Part shown: one piece after another, positions 18,201-26,312 of the stretch
Layout of the letters: each line of letters starts with the position of its first letter
Position numbering within the stretch: the first letter of the stretch is position 1
Assembly: GCF_000186885.1 (NCBI RefSeq)
Contig: NC_014972.1
Span: 1,290,001-1,322,000, forward strand
Source of the DNA: Desulfobulbus propionicus DSM 2032
GTDB taxonomy: Bacteria; Desulfobacterota; Desulfobulbia; Desulfobulbales; Desulfobulbaceae
Direction of reading: 5' to 3'
Length of the DNA: 32,000 bases
Position numbers and translations under genes: made by a program
The notes under the pieces: model-generated
What the model was told of the DNA's origin: nothing
Database searches by the model: none
What the model saw: the letters and a program-made list of their open reading frames with translations, nothing else

Positions 18201-20632
18201 TGAACGGCGTCCGCGTACCACACCGGCACTCCGGCAGGAAGACCGGTCTTCCACGGCACCCGGCCATCGCCCTCGCCGGTCCAGCCGATCTCCATCCGGC
18301 CACGTTCGCAGCGCACGGCGATCGGTGTCGGTGCCTGGCCGGCCACGTACAGGCAACACTCCGGATCGAGCCGGGTCTTGCTCAGCTCGGCGACCACGGC
18401 GCGTGCCGCGGCCAGTGCTCCGTCCTGCGGCGGTATCCACGACCGCTCCTTTTTTTCGTCCTGGTCCTGGTCGTAGAATGTCTTCCAGGTCTGCGGGCTG
18501 AAATAGTCAAGCCCGTCAATGGCCGCGCCGTTCTCGCCCGGCCAGGGCAGCATCTCCAGCACGCCGGGGAAATCGCGGACAATGGCGAGAAACTCGCGCA
18601 TGTTGTGCTTCCAATCCACCCACCGTTCGATGGTCTGGACAAAATCGTCCCGCCCGAGCAGCACTGCGGCAATGGAATGCGATCCGGCGTTGGGCGTGCC
18701 CAGTTGCAGCAGGCGGCTGCCGGGCAGGGCCTTGAAGGCCGACCAACGGCTGGCGAGCGCGAGCCGTGCCACCAGGCCGCCCATGGAGTGGGCGACGATG
18801 CGCACCGGTTTGCCGCGTTTGTGGGCCTCGCGCATGGCGGTATCCAGTTCGTCGCCGAAGCGGACGGCCGCCGTGCTGATCGACCGGCGCCAGTCGTAGG
18901 CAAAGGGCCGGACCTCGTGGGTTTCGGCCAGGAAGCGGGCCAGTTTTTCGTAGCAGCGGTCCAGCCAGCCGTCCGGGGTGACGTCCGGATGGTCGATGCG
19001 CAAGGTGTCCATGCCGCCGGCGCAAAGGCTGATCGGATCGAACCAGATGCGGTTGCGGCCGACCTGGAGATGGCTGCCCATGATACCGGGCACGAGCAGG
19101 ACAATCGGCGCCTTGTCGCGGCGCTTGATCTCGACGCCGCCGCGGCTGATGACGGCCTGCGACGGGCCGTCGAGCCGTTCAAACTCGCTGTCCTTCCCTT
19201 GAAGGGCGTCGAGCAGGGCATCGGCGCTCTCGTCGCGGCGGAAATAGCTGAGGTGATGGACCTCGGAGCCGGTGAACCGTTTTTGTTTGATCCCCTGGGT
19301 GCGGAAGGCGCCGCCGCTCATCGACGGCGTGTTGACCACCAGGTCGGTCTGGCCGCCGTAAAACACCTCGGACAGGCAGTCGCCCAGCCAGGGCAGCAGA
19401 CCGTCGCCCTGGAAATCGCCGGCCAGCACATGCAGGGGCGAATCGACGCGCACATCGGCGTCATTGAGCAGACCCACCAGCGGCGAGTCGGGCATCATCG
19501 CCTCCAGGCCGGGGAGGATGCGGGCATCGGTGCGCTCCTTGACCACGGCGAGCAGAAAATTCTGCAACAGGTCAAAGCCCTTGGCCACCGGTTCGAGCAG
19601 GGGCAGGGCCTTGGCGCCGACTGCAAAGCCCTTGCCCATGAGGTTGGTCATGACGCTCGCCCAGCGGTCGAGCTTGCCCGAGGCGAGCGTGGTGCCGCGC
19701 GCCGGGCAGGCGACGCGCACGAACCGTTCCACCCGGATGGCGCGCCGCCGCAGCTCCTGATTGAGCTCGCGCAGCCGGTCGGCGTCGGCCTCGAAGCCCT
19801 CGCGGCCCGTCTTTTCCCCTTGTTCGCGGAAACGGTGGATCTCGCTTTCGGTGAAGGGGTCGCGGTCGGTCCGGTTGGCCCGGGTCAGGAGTTCGCCCAC
19901 CATGCCGCCGCGCGAATGGCTGACCAGGTGCAATCGTGCGTTTTCGGGCAGGGCTTTGATCAGGTCGAGCGCATTGGCGATCGGGCTGTCGGTGAGGGTG
20001 CGGTGTTCGAAGGCAAAGATGCGGCTTCCATAGAGCGTGACCAGTTGCCGCAGGCGGCCGCCATGTTCCCACAGGCCGCCGAAGCTGCCTTCGGTGGACG
20101 AGGCGGTGCCGTGGAGAAAGAGCAGGACCGGTTCGCCCGAGGCGGGCATCTTGTCCACCCGGTGCAGGTCGAAGCGGTCGGTGGCGCAGCGATACAGGCC
20201 GTTGCGATGATCCAGCCGGGCATCCTGAAAGCTGCCGGCGGCGATCAGGGCGGTCATGCCCGCCGGGCCCCGGCGGAAGATGCGCAAGCCCTTGAGCACC
20301 CAGGCGCCGATACCCTCGCGCGACAAGCCTTCCGGCAGACGCGGGCCGGTGAGGCGCAGGGCCTGGCCGACGCTGATCTCGCCCGCCGTGCCCTCGCCCC
20401 GCCCCAACGGTGTGCCAAGATAGCGCTCCATATCGCCGGCCGCCACCAGCAGACGCATGCCGTTGGCCAGCTCCAATTCGACGACATCGTCGGCTTCCAG
20501 GGGCCGTGGCGTGGCGATGGCCTCGGCACCCCGCGCCGCCCCGTCAAGGCGGTAGGTTTCGGCCTCCCATCCGGCGATGTGTTCCTCTTGAACCGCTGAA
20601 CCTTCAATCTTGAGAGTGATGGTGTCGCTCAT
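15263..20632 (-). CDS. 1789-aa multidomain protein: alpha/beta-hydrolase-like segment, second LCAT-like hydrolase segment, middle domain, CHAT caspase-fold peptidase, C-terminal helical/TPR-like region
   Basis: [23 protein letters not shown] + [36 protein letters not shown] + [15 protein letters not shown]; CHAT motifs [12 protein letters not shown] ... [13 protein letters not shown] ... [31 protein letters not shown]; later [46 protein letters not shown]. Confidence 0.92.
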   Translation of the reverse strand: [1789 protein letters not shown]

Positions 20633-20745
20633 GGTGGCCTCCTGGATGGGATGATCGTGTCGGTGCTATTGATGTTCAGCAAATTGTTAACGTGGTCGTG
20701 CCGTGATTGTCCGCCTCCCTTGGTGGAGTGATTGCATGGCCATGG

Positions 20746-22092
20746 TCAATACCGCACCGTCGCCATCACCATCCCGGCGGTCCAGTTCTCGTCGTCGCCA
20801 AAACGCTGCTTGGCGCCGTCGTCGGGCAGGGCGTAGGCGCCGACCAGGGAGAGGGTCAGGTGCGGGGTGGCCGTCCAATCGACAATCAGGTTCCACTCGT
20901 CCACATAGTCGTCGCTAGTCACGCCCATGGCCTGGGCATCGTGGAGGCTGAAGGCGTAGTGGATCAGGTTGACCGTCAGCGGTTCGGCTGGCTGCAGCTT
21001 GAGGCGCAGCATGTGCGAGTCGAGGTTCTCGTTGAACAGGTCGTACTCGCCGGTGATCTCGCCCTGGAACCAGGAACCCCAGTCCACGGCGCTGTAAAAG
21101 AGGACGTCGTAGTCTTCGTCGAAACTGGCGTAGCGGTAGGTCAGCTCCGGCTTCCAGGGCAGTTGCGCGAACTGGTAGCTGACCGAGGCGTACCAGCCGC
21201 TGCCGTCGTCCATGCCGTCCTCCCGGTCTTCGCGGACAAATTCGGCAGCGAATGTGAGCGGCTGCAGGGCGGCCGGCCCCTGGCCCAACTCGAACGGTTT
21301 GACGCTGCCGCGCAGATCAAAGAGGTGCATGCCGTCGCGGGAGGGGACGTCGGATTCGAGGGCGGCCATCGTGCCGCCGAGGGTGGCGGTCGGGGTGAAG
21401 GCGTATTCCACCGTGGCGCCGCCGGCACTGGTGTTGTAGGGAAAGAGGCTGTTGTTTTCGAAATAGAACAGATCGCCGGACCAGGGGCCGATTTTTATCC
21501 GGGCGATGGCCGCGTAATCGGCGCTTCGGCGGCCGCCGAGGTAGTAGGCGGCACGGCGGAAGCCTGCCCCGCCCTCGCTGCCGAACAGGAAGGCGGTGCC
21601 GGTGGTGTAGATCTGACGGCCAAAGGAGAGATCGAGGAAGTCGGTGCCCAGGGAAGAAAAGAGCGTGCCCGACCGCCAGCCGAGATAGGCCTTGTCGATC
21701 CCCAGCCAGCTGACATCGCCCAACTCGGCGTTGGTGAAGCTGGCATCGATGCCGCCGAAGGTGTTGGCCTGGACCACGTCGATCCGGCCGTAGATGGACT
21801 GGCTGTTGGCCAGGACAACCTGCCCTTCCAGGCCGGGACGGATCAACGATTCCGACCAGGAATCGATATCGGTGCCGAATTTCGCCCTGTCCGCGCCGTA
21901 CCAGGCGTTGTCCTGGCTGAAGTAGGCGTAGTCCACGCCCAGAGTGGCCTGGAGGTAGCTGCCGCGCGTGTCTTGGTAAAAGCGGAGCGGATTGGTGTCG
22001 CCCTCGCCGGCAAGCGGCGCTGCCGGCCAGGCGAGCGCGGCGAGCAAGGCGGCGAGGGCGGTGGTTCGTGGGGGAATGTGGTCCTGGTCCAT
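20746..22092 (-). CDS. Outer-membrane beta-barrel/porin-like protein with signal peptide
   Basis: MDQDHIPPRTTALAALLAALAWPAAPLAGEG signal peptide; many alternating amphipathic strands (GDLFYFENNSLFPYNTSAGGATVEYAFTPTATLGGTMAALESD, WYASVSYQFAQLPWKPELTYRYASFDEDYDV); terminal ENWTAGMVMATVRY. Confidence 0.78.
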   Translation of the reverse strand: MDQDHIPPRTTALAALLAALAWPAAPLAGEGDTNPLRFYQDTRGSYLQATLGVDYAYFSQDNAWYGADRAKFGTDIDSWSESLIRPGLEGQVVLANSQSIYGRIDVVQANTFGGIDASFTNAELGDVSWLGIDKAYLGWRSGTLFSSLGTDFLDLSFGRQIYTTGTAFLFGSEGGAGFRRAAYYLGGRRSADYAAIARIKIGPWSGDLFYFENNSLFPYNTSAGGATVEYAFTPTATLGGTMAALESDVPSRDGMHLFDLRGSVKPFELGQGPAALQPLTFAAEFVREDREDGMDDGSGWYASVSYQFAQLPWKPELTYRYASFDEDYDVLFYSAVDWGSWFQGEITGEYDLFNENLDSHMLRLKLQPAEPLTVNLIHYAFSLHDAQAMGVTSDDYVDEWNLIVDWTATPHLTLSLVGAYALPDDGAKQRFGDDENWTAGMVMATVRY

Positions 22093-22219
22093 GGAAGCAC
22101 TGAAGATCGGTTGAAGGTGGATGGGAAGGCGGCGCGGGGCCGATCGGTCGAGAGCCGGCTCCGCGCCGCGTAACAACGGGTTGCCGAAACCGGCCTTCGA
22201 GGCCGACCCCGGCGGGCAA

Positions 22220-23011
22220 TTATTGGAAGATCTTGAACCGCCGCGCTGTTTTCGTTCCGAAGATCTGCGGCGTTTGCGGCAGGCGGGTCGAGGGCAGATA
22301 GGCGCGGATGGCGTTGAACCATTTTTCGTAGCTGGTCGGCTTGGCCTCGCGCAGGGCCTTGAGGGCGTAGAAGGTGAAGGCGCCGTTGGGCCGGCCGTTG
22401 AAGCGGGTGTCGTAGCTGTATTCGGTGTCCAGGCAACCCGCCAACAGCAGGTCGCCGCCAGCCCGGGTGAAGCCGCCGCGCGGGATGGCGGCGCGCAGCT
22501 GCGCCGGCGGCAGGTCTTCCTTGGCCATCCATGCCTCGGGCGGCATGAAGCGGATGCGGGGCACGCCGGGATCGATATCCTCCTCGGAACCCCGGGTCAC
22601 CGAGCCCGAATGACAGCTGTCGGAGATGAGCACGATGCGCACCCCTGCCTTGCGGCGGCTGAACAGGGCGTGGATGTCGTCGTCAAGCAGGGCGCCCTTG
22701 GTGGCCAGATCATGGGGGCAGAGGGCCTCGTCGCGACCGTCGGGTTCGTCGCCGCTCCTGTCCGGTACCCAGGTGCCGTGGCCGGAATAGGTGAAGATCA
22801 GGCTGTCGCCCTTGGCCGCGCCGTCGATCAGACCACCGATGGCCGCGACCATGGCCGCCTTGGTGGCGGCGGCGTCGAGCAGTTTGTCGACCGTGAAGCC
22901 GCGCGCGGTCAATTCGGCGGCCCAGTCGTTGGCGTCGTTGACGCAGCCGGAGAGATCGTTTTGGGTGCCGGGATAGTCGTTGATGCCGATGCACAGTGCT
23001 TTTTTGCTCAT
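22220..23011 (-). CDS. Caspase-family (C14) peptidase / type I-like metacaspase
   Basis: MSKKALCIGINDYPGTQNDLSGCVNDANDWAAELTARGF; catalytic His box FTYSGHGTWVPDRSGDEPDGRDE; catalytic Cys box VRIVLISDSCHSGSV. Confidence 0.95.
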   Translation of the reverse strand: MSKKALCIGINDYPGTQNDLSGCVNDANDWAAELTARGFTVDKLLDAAATKAAMVAAIGGLIDGAAKGDSLIFTYSGHGTWVPDRSGDEPDGRDEALCPHDLATKGALLDDDIHALFSRRKAGVRIVLISDSCHSGSVTRGSEEDIDPGVPRIRFMPPEAWMAKEDLPPAQLRAAIPRGGFTRAGGDLLLAGCLDTEYSYDTRFNGRPNGAFTFYALKALREAKPTSYEKWFNAIRAYLPSTRLPQTPQIFGTKTARRFKIFQ

Positions 23012-23132
23012 GGTAGCCTCCTGAAGGGGTGGGTGGGGGAAAGACTCCTTGCGCAGGGTGGAGAGGCGCGGGCGGCGTTCTGAATCGATGCCGGCGTCAG
23101 TGCTGATTTTTACGTGAGATGATGGTGTAAGT

Positions 23133-23165
23133 CAAGGCTTTTTCAGTATTTTCCCGAAAGCCTTG
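23133..23165. repeat. Inverted repeat CAAGGCTTT ... AAAGCCTTG between caspase start and helicase stop
   Basis: 9-bp perfect arms (23133-23141, 23157-23165), 15-nt loop; no T-tract, so not a clear terminator. Confidence 0.55.
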
Positions 23166-23218
23166 GCAGGGGGAAAGGTGGTTTTGCTTGGTCGTGGCCG
23201 GGAGCCGCGTCGAGCGAA

Positions 23219-25681
23219 TCAGGGACCTTCCCGATGCTGCAGATGGGCCAACACCAGGTTGATTTCGCCGTAGGTGTAGTCGTCGCCCAGGGCCTCCTTC
23301 ACGGCCTTGAGCGAGCCGGCCTGCACGGTGGCGAGCCGCTCTTCGAGCTCGCGCAGCCGTTCCTTGGGCAACAGGCCGTCGATGGCGAGCTCGCCCGCCT
23401 TGATGAAGTAGGCCAGGTGGCCCTCGACGGTCTGGGTGGTCAGGCCGCGCTGGGCGGCGATCTCGGCGATGGAGAGGCCATCCCGCAGCATTTCCAGGCT
23501 GGTCTTCTTGGTGTCTTCCCGTTTGCCCGCCTTTTTCCGCTCGCCGGTGGGACCGATGCTGTGGGGAAGGGGCAGGGTGACGCTGTCGATGCGGTGCTCG
23601 CTGCGATACGCGTTCACCAGGGCCACGATCTCGGCACCGTATTTCTCGGCCAGCTTGGCGCCGACGCCCTTGATCGTTCGCAGTGCCTTGAGGCTGTCGG
23701 GCAGGTGGACCGCGATCTGGATGAGGGTCTTCTGGTGCAGCACCTGAAACGGGGCAATATTGGCCGCCTTGGCCCGCTCGGCGCGCCAGTGCCGCAGTTG
23801 GCGGAACAGCTCCGGGTGGCCGACATCGGCCTCGGTGTAGATCGAGGTGGATTTGTCCGGACGCTGGTCCGCCTCCAGGAGCGCGGCCGACAGGGCGCGG
23901 AGGTAACGGCCCGGGGAAAAATCCTCGCCGCAGGCGACGATGGCCGCCAGCTTGGCCGCGCACTCCTGCCGGAGCTGTTTGATCACCTCATTGATCCGCT
24001 TGCGCACCTCCTTGTTGTCCGATTCCACCTCCAGTCCGTCGACGCAGGGTTTGAGCACGGTATCGAACTGCTCGCGGAAATAGCCCGCCGCCTTGGCCAG
24101 CCGTTCGCGGATGACCGGGTCCCTGGCGGGTTCCTTGTCCGCCTGAAACAGGGTGCGCAGCTGGCGGCGGAAGTTGTCGCCCACGGTGCAGATCGCTTCC
24201 TGGGTCGTGCGCTGCACGTCGAACAGATCGGCCCCGGCCGTTATCGTCACGATGCTCGCGTTGCCGCGCACCAGCCCCACCAGCCGGCCGAGCAGCCGGG
24301 CCAGGGTTTGGAAATCGTAGCACTGGTCGAGCAGCTGCTGCTGATAGCGGATCTTGGCCGTTTGCAGGGTGGCCTCGGTGGGGGCCTGGCTTTCGATGGC
24401 GGCGACGAAATCGAGCACCGCCGGATCGGTGCGGATGGCGTTGGCGACAATCGGCGAACTCAGCACCAGCCCCTCGAAGGTGCGGCAGCGGCTCAGGGCC
24501 ACATAGACCTGGCCGTGGGCAAAGGCGTCCTGGGCGTCGATCACCGCCCGGTCAAAGGTCAGGCCCTGGCTCTTGTGGATGGTGATGGCCCAGGCCGGCT
24601 TGAGCGGCACCTGGTTGAAGCTGCCCACCACCTTGGGCGAGATCTCGGCGGTGTCGGCATCGACCCGGTATTCAATGTTCTCCCAGGTGACCGGCTTGAC
24701 CTCGATGGTCTCGGGCTCGCCCGGACAGTCGACCCGGATGGTGTCGCGGCCGAGATGGGCGATGGTGCCGATCTTGCCGTTGAAATAGCGTTTTTCTGGT
24801 GAGGTGTCGTTGCGCACGAACATCACCTGCGCCCCCACCTTCAGCTCCAGACTGGCGGCGGTGGGGAAGGCGTATTCGGGAAAGCTGCCCTCGACCCCGG
24901 CCTCAAAGCAACGGCTGGAACCGGGCAGGGCGTCGAGCCTCTTGTGGTTGATGGCGTCGGCGCTGTTGTTGTGGGTGCACAGGGTGATGACCCCCTCGGC
25001 CTCCTGCGGGGAGAAATCGGGCCGAAAGCGGCTGTTGAGCGTCGCCAGGCTGGCCGCGTCGAGGCGGTTGTCGCGCACCCGATTGAGCAGGTCGATGAAG
25101 CGGCCATCCGACTGGCGGTAGATGTGTTTAAGTTCGATCGGGATCAGTTCAAGCCGCGAGAGCGCCCGGCTGCTGAAGAAGTAGGGCGAGGCGTACTGGC
25201 CGGCGAGCAGCTGCCATTCGTCCTCCTTGACCACCGGCGGCAACTGATGCAGGTCGCCGATCATCAGCAGCTGCACGCCGCCAAAGGGCAGCTCGGAGCG
25301 GCGGTAGCGGCGCAATACCGTATCGACCCCGTCGAGCAGATCGGCCCGCACCATGCTGATTTCGTCGATCACCAGCAGATCGAGGCTGTTGATGATGTTG
25401 CGTTTTTCCCGGCTGACCCGGTGCCGGCCGCCGTGCAGCTCGGTGCCGGGGAGAAAGGGGCCAAAGGGTAGCTGGAAAAAGGAGTGGAGGGTAACGCCGC
25501 CGGCATTGATCGCCGCCACCCCGGTGGGCGCGGTCACCACCAGCCGCTTGTGGGTCTGCTGTTTGATCTGGTGGAGGAAGGTGGTCTTGCCGGTGCCCGC
25601 CTTGCCGGTGAGAAACAGGCAGCAGTTGGTGTGCTCGACAAAGGCGTGCGCCAGGTGCAGTTCGGGGTTGGGAGGGCTCAT
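23219..25681 (-). CDS. Pif1/RecD-like superfamily 1 helicase with C-terminal HRDC domain and RecQ-type HTH
   Basis: Walker A LTGKAGTGKTTFLHQI, LVIDEISMVRADLLD, GDLHQLPPV, AITIHKSQGLTFDRAVIDA, YVALSRCRTFEGL; HRDC-like FQVLHQKTLIQIAVHLPDSLKALRTIKGVGAKLAEKYGAEIVALVNAY; HTH RDGLSIAEIAAQRGLTTQTVEGHLAYFIKAGEL. Confidence 0.92.
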   Translation of the reverse strand: MSPPNPELHLAHAFVEHTNCCLFLTGKAGTGKTTFLHQIKQQTHKRLVVTAPTGVAAINAGGVTLHSFFQLPFGPFLPGTELHGGRHRVSREKRNIINSLDLLVIDEISMVRADLLDGVDTVLRRYRRSELPFGGVQLLMIGDLHQLPPVVKEDEWQLLAGQYASPYFFSSRALSRLELIPIELKHIYRQSDGRFIDLLNRVRDNRLDAASLATLNSRFRPDFSPQEAEGVITLCTHNNSADAINHKRLDALPGSSRCFEAGVEGSFPEYAFPTAASLELKVGAQVMFVRNDTSPEKRYFNGKIGTIAHLGRDTIRVDCPGEPETIEVKPVTWENIEYRVDADTAEISPKVVGSFNQVPLKPAWAITIHKSQGLTFDRAVIDAQDAFAHGQVYVALSRCRTFEGLVLSSPIVANAIRTDPAVLDFVAAIESQAPTEATLQTAKIRYQQQLLDQCYDFQTLARLLGRLVGLVRGNASIVTITAGADLFDVQRTTQEAICTVGDNFRRQLRTLFQADKEPARDPVIRERLAKAAGYFREQFDTVLKPCVDGLEVESDNKEVRKRINEVIKQLRQECAAKLAAIVACGEDFSPGRYLRALSAALLEADQRPDKSTSIYTEADVGHPELFRQLRHWRAERAKAANIAPFQVLHQKTLIQIAVHLPDSLKALRTIKGVGAKLAEKYGAEIVALVNAYRSEHRIDSVTLPLPHSIGPTGERKKAGKREDTKKTSLEMLRDGLSIAEIAAQRGLTTQTVEGHLAYFIKAGELAIDGLLPKERLRELEERLATVQAGSLKAVKEALGDDYTYGEINLVLAHLQHREGP

Positions 25682-25756
25682 CGATGCTCAGGAGGGCAGG
25701 GGTGGACAACGAAGCGGGCACTCTACCCCATTTGCCAGCCAGCGGCAAGGCCCGCC

Positions 25757-26173
25757 TCATTCAGGTTTGCGGCGCAGGGCCTTGGTGCGCGCATGACGCG
25801 TTTTGCTTTCCAGCCGCCGCTTGCGCGCCGCCAAGGTGGGCTTGGTGGGCCGCCGTTTTTTGCGGGTGGCGCCCGCGGCACGGATCAGTTCGAGCAACCG
25901 TTCCACGGCGGCCTCCCGGTTCTTCTCCAGGCTGCGAAACTCCTGGGCCTTGATCACCAGCACCCCGTCCTCGGTGAGGCGCTGGTCGTGCAGGGCGAGC
26001 AAGCGGGCCTTGATCGTTTCCGGCAGCGACGAGGCGCGGATATCGAAACGGAGATGCACGGCGTTGCTCACCTTGTTGACGTTCTGTCCGCCCGAGCCCT
26101 GGGCACGGATGGCGGTCAGCTCGATCTCGGCGGCGTCGATGCTCAGGGTGGGGGTGATGGGGATGGTCGGCAT
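25757..26173 (-). CDS. arfB: Alternative ribosome-rescue factor B (aminoacyl-tRNA hydrolase, YaeJ/ICT1 family)
   Basis: IELTAIRAQGSGGQNVNKVSNAVHLRFDI (GGQ motif) and a basic C-terminal tail TRKKRRPTKPTLAARKRRLESKTRHARTKALRRKPE. Confidence 0.96.
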   Translation of the reverse strand: MPTIPITPTLSIDAAEIELTAIRAQGSGGQNVNKVSNAVHLRFDIRASSLPETIKARLLALHDQRLTEDGVLVIKAQEFRSLEKNREAAVERLLELIRAAGATRKKRRPTKPTLAARKRRLESKTRHARTKALRRKPE

Positions 26174-26261
26174 GGGTGTCTCAACAAATGTGAACTGGAA
26201 CCAGTAGGGAGCCGGTGAGCTGAATCGAATATTGCTGGTCGCGATTGGTACAACAATGCCG

Positions 26262-26294
26262 CAAAAAACAAAAGGGGCTTTTGCAAGCCCCTTT
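26262..26294 (-). terminator. Rho-independent terminator of the multiheme cytochrome gene
   Basis: On the minus strand: AAAGGGGCTT-GCAA-AAGCCCCTTT followed by TGTTTTTTG; directly 3' of the cytochrome stop at 26313. Confidence 0.9.
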
Positions 26295-26312
26295 CCTTGA
26301 TTTCCGATCTGT

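Noticed and set aside
15335-20599. 1754-aa plus-strand ORF antisense to the CHAT gene
   Set aside because: High-GC shadow ORF; low-complexity QPDAGEHL-rich translation with no domain motifs, whereas the minus strand encodes clear hydrolase and CHAT motifs with an RBS.
20707-22173. 488-aa plus-strand ORF opposite the barrel gene
   Set aside because: Shadow ORF; the minus strand has signal peptide and beta-barrel periodicity.
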